Shown here piece after piece: positions 27,410 to 38,236 of a DNA stretch of 64,000 nt. The translations under genes were made by a program, and so were the position numbers. Numbering within the stretch: the stretch's first letter is position 1; each line of letters starts with the position of its first letter. The stretch lies in contig NC_133620.1 of assembly GCF_048593235.1 (NCBI RefSeq), positions 67,520,852 through 67,584,851 of the forward strand, written 5' to 3'. The stretch is from Sminthopsis crassicaudata. Taxonomy: Eukaryota. The notes under the pieces are model-generated. The model made no database searches. It was not told the origin of the DNA and was given only the letters and a program-made list of their open reading frames with translations.

Positions 27410-27660
27410 CCGCTAAGAGAAGCAGTGGATAAAGCTTTGTAGGCATTCAAAGTTTCTTGAGTTCAAAACTGTCCTTAAACACTATTTGTGTGACCCTGAG
27501 AAAATCACATATTATCTGTCTACCTCAGTTGTCTCAAATAGTAGGATAATAGCACCAATCTCCCCAAGTTGTTGTGAGGAGCAAATAAAACATTTGTAAA
27601 GCACTTATCACAAGTGCCTGGGACATAGAAAGTATTATATAAGTGATAATGATGATTATA
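27410..27660 (+). mobile_element. MIR in the E-F intron
   Basis: gagttcaaaactg..tgtgtgaccctgagaaaatcac..cctcagtt..gttgttgtgagga..tttgtaaagcactt. Confidence 0.8.
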
Positions 27661-27727
27661 TTCAAGTTGAATGAAAACTTGCATTGATTTTTTTTTTTTT
27701 AATTAGAATAATAATTTTTGGTTTCAG

Positions 27728-27782
27728 GTAGCAGTGATGGGTCTGAGCTTAGTGAAGAGACCTCATGGCCTGCCTTTGAAAG
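27728..27782 (+). CDS. RALGPS2: RALGPS2 exon F (55 nt)
   Basis: gtttcAG|GT; (G)SSDGSELSEETSWPAFE; donor AG|GTAAGA; phase 1-2. Confidence 0.96.
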
Positions 27783-28703
27783 GTAAGACAAAAGAGTTTT
27801 TTTTGAAAACTCTGAATTGAATTTGTCTATTCACTTACAAATATGGCTCTATATACTCAAATTAAGTAATAGAAATTGATGTTAGGGGGTTGAAATTTTA
27901 AATAGTGAAGATAGATTCCTCTCTGTGTATAATTTTATCATTAAGCAAATTTACCAATAATTCATTCACCAAACATACATTTGAGACACCCAATGTGTAG
28001 AAAAGCACTCTGTCCTGGACTTCAAAAATAATTGCTGTTCCAGTTTACTCTGTAGTCTGTTGTGAATGAGATGAAATGTCAGTCAGCAAACATTTATGAA
28101 ATATTTATTATATGCTAGGCACTTTATTAAGTTCTGGGCATACAAGAGAAAGGCAAAAATATGGTTGCTGCCCTTACAGAATCCAAATTCTAATATAAGA
28201 GAAATTCATCTTGAAGGTAAGATTTGAGTTGAATTTTTGGAGGAAGGCAGGTAGCAAAAAAGGAGATGAAAAGTCAAGAGATGGAATGCTGTGAGTGAAA
28301 AAAAAAAAAAAGAGTAAATAACCCAGTTTTTACTGTCCTGTAGAATTCTTGGAGAAGAATCCAATACATAAGAAGGTTGTATAAGGTTTTTACTGCCAAA
28401 CAGGTTTTCTAGTTTATAAAGTTAAAGAGGTGACATGGTCATACCTATCTATTCTTTAGGAAAATCACTCTGGTATAAAATGAAAGATGGATTGTAAGAG
28501 GCACTTGGAGCAAGGAAACTAAATGGTATATAGTGTTGCAATAATTCATTCAAGAATTGAGGGCCCAAATTAGGTGGTAGCTAGTTGTATAAAGAGAAAG
28601 GTACTCAGACAAGAAATACTGTAATGATAGAATCTAGACTTCACAACATATTGTCTCTGTCAGGAGAGAGTGAAAGTGAGGAATCCAGAATGGCAAAGTT
28701 GGG

Positions 28704-28723
28704 ATATATATATATATATATAT
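28704..28723. repeat. (AT)10 microsatellite
   Basis: Direct reading. Confidence 0.93.
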
Positions 28724-29269
28724 TTTATCGAATTGCAGATTTCCAAAAAGCAATTGGTGCTATGAATGAGAGCTTAAAAGAGGAAGTAGGACAGACTATA
28801 TAGATCTTGGAATCATCTCTATTAAAATGATCATTGAATCCATGAGAGCTGATAGGATCACCAGTCTGGATAACAGTATAGAGAGAAGAGGGCCCAAGAG
28901 AGGGATAGCGCTTTGGGGAATTCCCACAATATAAGAACTAGCAAAGAAGACAGAAAAAAAAGCAGTCCAACATGTAGAAGGTAAACCAGGAAGATCAGTA
29001 TTACTTTAAAAAAATTATATAAGAGAAAGTATCCAGTAAAAAAAAAAAAGTGACTAATAGTATTAAATGCCACAGGGAAGTCGAGGAGAATGAAGATTGA
29101 GAAAAAGAAATCTAGATTTGGCAATTGAGAGTCAGTAATATCTTTTTTTAGAGAACACTTTCATTTGAATGATGAATCTGTCAACTAGCATTTATTATGC
29201 ACCAATTATGTGCTAGACACTGTGCTAAATGCTGGAGCTATCCCAGAAAGGCAATAAAAGATAATTCTT

Positions 29270-29418
29270 TCCCCTCCCCCACCCCCACCCGGCTGGGGTT
29301 AAGTGACTTGCCCAGGGTCACACAGCTAGGACTTGTTAAGTGTCTGAGACCATATTTGAACTCGGGTCTTCCTGATTTCAGGGCTGGTGCTCTATCCACT
29401 GCGCCCCCTAGCTGCCCC
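29270..29418 (-). mobile_element. Young WSINE1-like SINE inserted in an L2
   Basis: Reverse-complement SINE; TSD taaaagataattctt (29255-29269) / taaaagatagttctt (29419-29433); G-rich tail. Confidence 0.95.
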
Positions 29419-32400
29419 TAAAAGATAGTTCTTGACCTCAAGGAACTTATAATCAATTGGGGGAGACAATATACAATCAATAATGTAGAAACAAGTTATA
29501 TGCAAGATAAATTAGAGATAAGAGAGAGGAAACATTAGTGTTTAGGGGAATTGGAAAGGCTTCCTGCAGAAGGTGGGATCTTGGATGAAATGTGAAGGAA
29601 CCCAGGAAATTAGGAGGCAAAGTTGAGGTAGAAGAGAGTATTCCAGGGACTGCAAGTAAAAATGAATGGAACCTAGCGGCAATGTTGTATTTAAGGGACA
29701 GAGAGACAGGCACTGTTATGGGTAGGCAGATACATGGGGAAAAGGGAACAGGAAAGTGGGGAGTAGGATGGGACCAGATTTGGAGATCTTTAAAAATCAA
29801 ACAATTTTATATTTGATCTGGGAAGTGATAGGTAATTCAGTAGCTATTGAATAAGCAAGTAACATTGTCAGACTTTCACTATAGGAATGTAATTTGACAG
29901 TTGGGTAAAGAATGACTAAAGAAAAGGGGACATTTACTAGGGGTACTATCAAGGGCAAAATGACAGGACTTAGCCACGTTGGATATGGGGGCCAGGAACG
30001 AGAGTAATGGAGAGTGGATTCAATTGCCTGGTAGCATGGTGGTACTCTGAAAATAATAGGAAAGTGTGGAGCAAGAGGGAGTTTGGGTGAGAAAGTTAAG
30101 TTGGTTTTGGACATTTTGAACTTAAAGATCCTTATGAGACATCCAGTTGGAAATATAATACAGGAGGTCAGTAAAAAAAAAGGTTAGAGGTGGACGAATA
30201 AACATGAGAATTATCTGTGTAGAAGTGGAAAGAAAAGAGAAGAGGGCCCAGATTTCTGAGAAACACTCATGGTTCACTTGTGGCCTGGATGAAGATCTGT
30301 CACAGGAAAATTCGACAGAAGAGTATTAAATAGAATAGAGCAGTGCTTATCAAATACTAGAGTAGTTAGAGATGAGGATTGAGAAAAAAGCATTAGATTT
30401 GGCAGGTAAGAGAAGAGTAGGAACTTCGGAGAGCGGTTTCAGTTGAGTTATAAGCAAGTGCAGGAAGAGTAAAAAGGAAGTTAGAAGAAAAGAAGTGTTC
30501 TTCTCTAGGATAAAGGACAATACCTACTAGGGAAGGATCCTTCAACATGTGGGTATACTTGTAGGCCGTAAGGAAGCAGACAGTAGATGAGATGAAGAAA
30601 GCTTTAAAAACAGCCGGGGGCGGGGGGAGGGGAAGAGAACTGGGAGAGGAGTAGGGGAGGGGGAGCAGAAGGGAGCAAGCTTTTACTTTTAAAAGCCAGG
30701 TCCTGGCCTAGGGGCATTCCTCTTACCTTCCCTTTAAGATTAGGTATTCTCCTAGAGATTAGCCGGGATGAAAGGGAGGAGAGAGAAAGGTCAACAGCTA
30801 GAGCTACCAGGTGTGAATGGATCAAGTGAATGTTATAGCCAAGGGAAAAGGGTACATAAATAGGGGAAAGTTGAAGATTAGATAGGGAGTGAAGATGATG
30901 GTAGGGTGGTCTTCTGGAGATCCAGGGTTCCCGGCAAAAGAGCATCTAGGCAAAGAGAAGGGACACAATTTCATGTGAAAAGTGTGAACAAAACTCTAGG
31001 GGAAATGAGTGGTTTAAAATGAAAAGTAAAGGAAGAGGAGGAGCTTTTATTGGTTTCAGTAACTTTTCAGTGACTTGGGGGGCAAGGGCCTCTGCTGAAA
31101 GATAGAAGGGGCTGGGTGATGAGGTTTGGATTAACTCCCTTGAACAGTTGGGTAATTGTTTATTGAAATATAAAAGGATTACCCTGTGCCCTGAGATTGA
31201 ACAACATAAATTTGTTGTGGCCCCAGTCCCTATGGTGTTCTGATGCACTCCATTTCTGTTTAGCAGCATTTGAATAGGAGTGAAGGAGAGTCAGTGGTCG
31301 GAATAATCCAGGATTAGGATTTGGCCACAGAACTAGAGGGCAATGGATTCTACTGCCTTGAGACATTGACTAAAAGTCACTAATATAAACTAGATCATGT
31401 TGTGTGTCCTGAATGGTCTGAAGAATGAGAGATTGCATTTGATTGTATTTGTGATATAATAATAATAGAATTTTCCTTAAGATTTGTCATAAAGTTAAGA
31501 TGAATTTTAAAGCTTTTTTTTTTTTTATTTCCATGACTTTAGCATTTCCTTGAGCTCTATGTAGAACAGAAGATTATAATTCTAGTCATAACTACCACTA
31601 ACTCACTTTGATCAAGTCATATAACTTCTCTAGGAGAAAGCTTCTTATGGTTGAGAGTATTGGGCTTGGGATCAGGGTAGATTCATTTTCTATCTTTCAC
31701 AGTTAATTAACTGGGTAACTACAGACATGTCACTTCACCCTATATAAAATAGAGTTGTGCATATCTCACACAGAGTTCTTCTGAGATAATGTAAATTGTT
31801 TTGTGAAGTTTAAAATGTAATTTCCTCATATGTTTTTTTTTTTAAAGTTTAAACTAAAAATTCCCTTCCAGCTTTGTGTAAGTTAGCGATTAAGAAAAGC
31901 AGTCAACCCCAGATTCTTCCTCTATTCCAAAGGGAGGCATTGTGTCATTTAGTAAGTTGAAGTATCCATAATGCAACCTTACAAGCATATTTGAACATTT
32001 TCAGCAGCACAGAAAGTTTTTATTCACCCCTTATAAATTGGTAGTGTAGTATTTCTCCCTATATGTATAACTACTTCTTTTTATTGTTTATATAGTTTGA
32101 TTTAAAAGATCATAATCGTCTGCTTACAGCAAAAGAAGTACAAAATTTGCATAAAATGTCATTTGTGTTTGAATTTCAGAAGAAAAAAAGAGATTAATAA
32201 TAATAATGTTAGAATTAAAATTCATTTAAGGCTTTTTCCTTTTTTCTAGTAATTTCTAGTATTCTTAGCACTTTATCTTCATTTCTTAACTGAAGTAATT
32301 TATAAATAAAGTGGATATAACTTACAAATGTTATTTTTAGTGTCTGCTCAAATTGTGTAACAGCTTATGCCAAAATTTGATCTCCTTATCCTTACACTTA

Positions 32401-33902
32401 TAAGTTTTCTAAAAAGTTTATAAAAATCTTTATAAAAATCCTCAGGATTTTAAGTACAAGTATATATGAAGTGATAGTAAAAGTTTTGAAAAAGAAAAGA
32501 AAATCAAGAATTAAATTTTAATACTTAGGTTCATAAAGATTTCTTCTATATATGACACAAGTAGTTTACATGATGTTATATTTTTAGATATCAAAATATT
32601 CAGCATTTCATTTTTACTGGATTTAGAATTATTTTTTTAAATACTATTTACTTTTAAATTATTTCTTTTGCAAACTTAATCTGCATTCTTTTTGCTTAGA
32701 TTTTCATAAAAGGAAAAAGCAGAAGAGTTCCCATTGACTTTTGTCTCCAAATCCAAAAAGTTTTATAATAATTAAGGTTTTTCTTCTTGATAGAGTTATC
32801 AACTGTTAGTTTCTGTTACTCCTTAAAATATTCTGTAATTATGTTCCAGATTATTTTGGTAATACCCAGAGAATTAGTAGTAGAAGAATAATGTGTTAAA
32901 TGATTCTGGCAGCTTCATTATAAGGATACTCTTTCTAGGATTGATCTTCAGAAATTTCTAAAAACTTGGTGACATGTTTCACTCTTCAGCCATTTGCATT
33001 TAAGAGACACTTGTCATTGTGCCAAGTTTAACTCATATAGCATATCATTTAAAATTGCAAATACAGTTAAAAAATGCTGCCCAGATAAAATTTAGACAAG
33101 GAATAAGACTGGAAAAAATAATAATAATGAAACCTGACTTAAGATTCTTGATAGTAGATAGCAGATTACAAAATATTAAACTTAATGCATAAAATTATTC
33201 TTCTTTAAGTAAATTTGCATTCTATATTTACTATTGCTTAAAATAACATAATGGTGTTTTTCATTTTAAATGTTATTTGTGAACAGTGCCACTTTTAACT
33301 TTCTCCAGGCAAAGAGGACTTTCAGTGTTTATTGGTGTTTTTCCTTTTTTAACAATCTCATATTTTTAATAAATAATGCCTCAAAATATTAACATTTCCT
33401 AACTATTAATTGATATGAAAAAAATTACGGCCAATGTTTAGTGCTTTGTTAACCATTTGCCACTTTTCTTGTGTCTGGTCGATGGAGTTTAAAAGGAAAT
33501 GATAGATAAGATTATTGTAGCTCATTGAGAGGCTTTGTTGCATTTTAGGTGTCTTCATAGGGACATGAAATAAAAATGAATTGTTCAGGTCATTCAGGTA
33601 TCACTACTCAAATTTGAATTCAAGGAGATATGATAGGAGCTAATCGTTGTATTTTTAAGTGTTTCTATATTTTTGCTATACTTTGTGTATCTGCAACACT
33701 TTAATTCTTTACAAAAATTATGGTGATGAAAATCTGGTGATAAATGTTTTTTAGAGGAACTGGCATCACCTGTTATATGATGAATGATTTTTTTAATCTA
33801 TGCTGCATGCTTTTTTAAAAAGAGAGAACTCATCAGATACTGTCCATTTGTAAGAAGTAGTTAGCCATATTAACTAGGAGAAACTATTATACTGTTCTAG
33901 GT

Positions 33903-34066
33903 NNNNNNNNNNNNNNNNNNNNNNNNNNNNNNNNNNNNNNNNNNNNNNNNNNNNNNNNNNNNNNNNNNNNNNNNNNNNNNNNNNNNNNNNNNNNNNNNNN
34001 NNNNNNNNNNNNNNNNNNNNNNNNNNNNNNNNNNNNNNNNNNNNNNNNNNNNNNNNNNNNNNNNNN
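33903..34066. other. Assembly gap (164 N)
   Basis: Run of N characters. Confidence 1.
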
Positions 34067-35601
34067 GGTCATAGAATTTCCCTCTGGTGTTGGTGATTGG
34101 CTTAAGTGGGTGTGGTCTGACATTATTCCTGTTCTTTCCCAAATCATTGATTAATATTTAACCAAAAATCCCAATATACCTTTCTTCTCATGATTTAATG
34201 TTTATATGATTTTGCAATATGGCTCCCTTCTAACCTACAGATGATTGCTAGTATCTTGCATCTTTGTGGCAAATTCTTAAAGATGCTTTTAAGTAGGTTA
34301 TCTTTAGTTTCTGGGTCTTATTGCTGCTTTTTAGTCATCATATTGGCCACAAAACTAATTGTTAAGAGGCTTCATTTAACGTGTTTTCTTTGCTAACCCC
34401 TTTACATTCAGTTTGTCTTTTTAATTGTGGCATTAGGCAAATTTTAGGTGATGAATTTTGATAAGCCATTGACAAAGCCATCATATTTCTAATAATAATA
34501 ATTATTATTATTACATTTTGAAAATCATTCTCATTCAGCCTAATTAAAGTAGGTTTCTTTTTGCACCGGGATAATTATAGAAATAAATGAGAAAAGGAAG
34601 GGCACAAAACAGCCAGTTAATAATATTACTATAAAAGAGCAAATATTAATTCTTAGTGTTAAATTTCATGGTGTCTGAATTAGTCTCCATGCATGTGGCT
34701 TCAAATTCATAGCTCTAGCAAAAATTTTCTAGTGATTATCAGATCCTAAGTCACTGTGAAGACACCTAAATTTTATGATATTAGATCAACTAACAAGCTC
34801 AAATTTACATTGATTTTTGAAGGGCTTCTTTACTCCATTTATAGAGGACTATGGTTACCATCTGAAAGTTTTTTTTTAACTATAAGAATTTAGACTAATT
34901 GAAAAATCATTTGTTTCTTATTTATTGTTGTTGTGATTGTTATTGTTGTCTTGAAATTTATGGAAAGGAAAGCTGAGGGGTTTTTTGTCTCTATTCCCTT
35001 CTTGAGCAGTCTGTAGGCTATAATGGAATATTTGTTCTTTATAATATTAAATTATAATATTGGTTTATGGCCAGACCAGGGTTTTTGATCTACTTTATTA
35101 CAGCTTCTATTACTCTTATTTCAGATATTTTAAAATTAAATCAAATATGTTTTCTTAGAGCTTTTGCTGTGGTGGGGTTTTTTATGGTTTCTGCTTTGTT
35201 TTTGTAGTTAAACTTAAATGATTCTGACAAAAAGAATCCTTATCTTTCTCAGCTACTGAAAAATTCTATTGGGGAAATATACATAATATTAACGTAATAG
35301 TATAGCTTTAATTAAATCCTTATTCAAGTTTATTTTAAGCCTGTAAATGTATTGATATATAGAAAAGTTCTATATTCTGAGACGTCTGCTGGATTTAATA
35401 ATTTCTTAATTAACTTTGTAGGTTTATAAATTTCAGATGAACTTTTTCTAGTTACCAGTCCTTTTTTCTCTGAGCTCTTAAAAATGAAGTAACGCAATTT
35501 TAAAATAAAGAATGATAATGTTTCACTTGTATATTACCTGTCTTTTTAAACTGCCTAGACAAAAGCTCTTAGATATTCCTTTTTCTTTTACATAATTATA
35601 G

Positions 35602-35707
35602 TTCTGCAGAGTCAGAAGATTTGGCTGTACATCTCTATCCAGGAGCAGTTACTATTCAAGGTGTTCTCAGGAGGAAAACTGTTTTAAAAGAAGGCAAAAA
35701 GCCTACG
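35602..35707 (+). CDS. RALGPS2: RALGPS2 exon G (106 nt, start of PH domain)
   Basis: tatAG|T TCT; SAESEDLAVHLYPGAVTIQGVLRRKTVLKEGKKPT; donor ACG|GTAATA; phase 2-0, compatible with direct joining to exon F (AG|T = Ser). Confidence 0.97.
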
Positions 35708-37547
35708 GTAATACTTCATCATATTTATCAGAAGTATGAAACTACATTAGTTTTGGATCTAAAATAATGTGATGATGAACCTTGGGGAAATCAGCCAGTG
35801 TAACTTGGTGGTAACCTAATTACATGTATTCCTTGCTGTATAACATATCTGTGTTACCAAAAGTTGAATGTGAGTAAAATCATATTTTAAATGCATTAGC
35901 ACCTCTTGTTATTTAAAGGAAAATTGTTTTCTCTCCTATTATGAAACTTATTAGTATAAATAAAGGATTTTCATCTATATTGTTTGCTTAAAGTCTTTTA
36001 TTGTTATAAAATATTATCCCAAGAATTTGTGTACAGAATTCTGAATATATGGACCGCTGGCAGATTTTCCTTTCCATGAAAAATACTACTTCTATTTGAA
36101 AGACCTAAAAGGTTTTGAAAATTATTTCCAATCCAGCAATAACTGTATTTAAAAAATATTCTACAACCTTATATTCAAAATAATTACAATTTTGCAAGCT
36201 ATATTTTAAATACTACTCCTAGAATTAACTTCTGAAAACCAATGTGTACTTTTTAAATAATGGAGAAACCCTGGTCTTTCACTACTACTTCAGCAATCCA
36301 GTGATCATCTTGTGTCCTCCAATCCATAAGAAATTAATAGAATCTAATTTAATATGAAGATGGTATGTGTTTAGTGCTATATATATAACAGTTTTTAGAG
36401 GAATTCTGACTACTAAGGAAATTGTTGCCTTTATTTATTTCACTTTGTTGAAGCACATGAAATATAATATTGCAGAAAGATCACTGAATCTGGGTGGTTG
36501 GAAACCTTGGGTTCTAATGATGGTTCTGGCACCATTAGTCATGTGGTGTAGGAAAGAACAGCTTTCCAGGCCTCAGTTTCTGAAAGGCATTGGCAAATAC
36601 TATTATCTTTAGCCAACTACATGATAGGTTTTTGTAGTTACACCTGGAAAGAACCATCATCTGGTCATTTAATTGTTTTCCAACGGCACAAAGGTAATAA
36701 GTAACTTTCTGACTCCAGATATCCAACCATCTCTGAACTGCTGACATATACAAAAAATATGATTTCCAACCTTAATCTTCTTATGCTAATAAAAAAAATC
36801 AACATATCCACAAAAAGCGGGGTTAACTTGTCAGAGTGGAGGAGAGATAATAATTGAGTTTCCTTCATGAAATAAGAAAACATTTCAACAAAAGTCAGCG
36901 GTATCTACTAAGTTTGGTGAATGAGGAGAGTCATATTTATTAAAAAATAAAAGTACCCTGAAATTTAAATTCTATTAAATAAAGAATAACATTTTTAAAT
37001 TGTGAAAAAGCAAAAGATATAACAATTTCTGAGTTGTGAGGGGCCCCAGTGGCAATCTAACTATGCCTTGTGGAAGTTAGGATGTCAACAGGCAGAGATT
37101 TGGACAAATAGGAGGTGGTAAAATATTTGCACACAGGCAATGAGTTGGAATGAGATAAGAGATTGAATGGGAAAAGCAAGTAATACAATTGGTCAGTAAT
37201 ACAGGATAAACTGAAGGAGAATAATGTAACATAAAATTAATTGTATGAGAGAATATTTTCAATTTTTATAAAACTACAACTATTTCTTAACTTTCCTGAA
37301 TTTCTCTTTCTTGCTTTCCTGTCAGAAAAATTAGAATCTAATGTATTGCCTTTGTGCTCAATTATGGTGACAATAGTTACCTAGTGATCAGCAACTTCTT
37401 CTTTAATAGTTTCCTTTTTTGAACTTTATTTTAATTGTGTTTAATTTTCAAATGCCTCAGATCTTTTAGGAAATAGGGAAATTTATAGCAATTGCTTGTA
37501 GGGTTCATGTGTTTTAATTTATTAACTTGGTTCCTTGATCTCCACAG

Positions 37548-37640
37548 GTAGCATCTTGGACAAAATATTGGGCAGCTCTGTGTGGGACACAACTTTTTTA
37601 CTATGCTGCCAAGTCTCTAAAAGCTACAGAGAGAAAGCAT
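37548..37640 (+). CDS. RALGPS2: RALGPS2 exon H (93 nt, PH domain)
   Basis: tctccacAG|; [31 protein letters not shown]; donor CAT|GTAAGT; phase 0-0. Confidence 0.97.
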
Positions 37641-37750
37641 GTAAGTTCATGACTTATTGTTCTGATTTCAGAAGTTCCGATATGTTTTCCTCCTTAGATT
37701 CCTCATAACACTATCTCTGCATCTCTGCATCTCTCCTTTGTACTAATCAC

Positions 37751-37751
<1 letters not shown>

Positions 37752-37804
<53 letters not shown>
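37752..37804 (+). repeat. (TG)26 microsatellite
   Basis: Perfect TG run 111 nt downstream of the exon H donor. Confidence 0.98.
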
Positions 37805-37805
<1 letters not shown>

Positions 37806-38090
37806 CTATTACATATGAAATAAATTTTCTTCCCACAATTATAAGCTCTGGAGGGCAAAGGATGGATTTCATTTCTTCCTCTTCTATTCCCAATTACATG
37901 GCATAATATCTGTATTAATATATTATGTTAATATTCAGATTTTTAGTGATCTATATTAAAGCAGTGTGCTTTTTCTTATTTTGAAATTTTTTCTGAGAGC
38001 TTTTAGATTTTTTTTTTTTTTTTTGAGTATGCTATTTTGAAACGTGAACATTTCAAAATGAATTCTGGTATAGAGAATTCAATAGATCAT

Positions 38091-38236
38091 TCCCCCCCTC
38101 CTCCCCCAGGCTGGGGTTAAGTGACTTGCCCAGGGTCACACAGCTAGTAAGTGTTAAGTGTCTGAGACCAGATTTGAACTCGGGTCCTCCTGAATTCAGG
38201 GCTGCTGCTCTATCCACTGAGGCACCTAACTGCCCC
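38091..38236 (-). mobile_element. Young WSINE1-like SINE
   Basis: Reverse-complement SINE with about 9 mismatches over ~130 nt to the 21028 copy (hand count); G-rich tail; only a short atcatt duplication flanks it. Confidence 0.95.

Larger units (their letters stand above)
28080..31390 (-). mobile_element. Two tandem L2 relics (~28080-29175 and ~29180-31390)
   Basis: Two reversed L2 3' ends (agtcagcaaacatttat; tcaactagcatttattatgc) and repeated gaggattgagaaaa..tagatttggca..tttcagttga blocks; purine-rich strand bias. Confidence 0.8.

Noticed and set aside
29477-31269. Several 105-113 aa minus-strand ORFs
   Set aside because: Decayed L2 sequence with Pro/Ser/Leu bias.
33887-34147. ORFs spanning the N gap
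   Set aside because: Artefacts of translating N.
34241-34292. Possible 52-nt poison exon (cctacAG|ATGA..AA|GTAGGT)
   Set aside because: Moderate sites with a branch-like motif too close to the AG; no independent support.
34490-34513. Perfect 24-bp palindrome (TAA)4(TTA)4
   Set aside because: Simple-repeat junction expected in AT-rich DNA.
7375-38236. tRNA genes (A/B-box-like gagttcaaatc motifs)
   Set aside because: These are tRNA-derived SINE heads with CORE bodies and TSDs, not cloverleafs.
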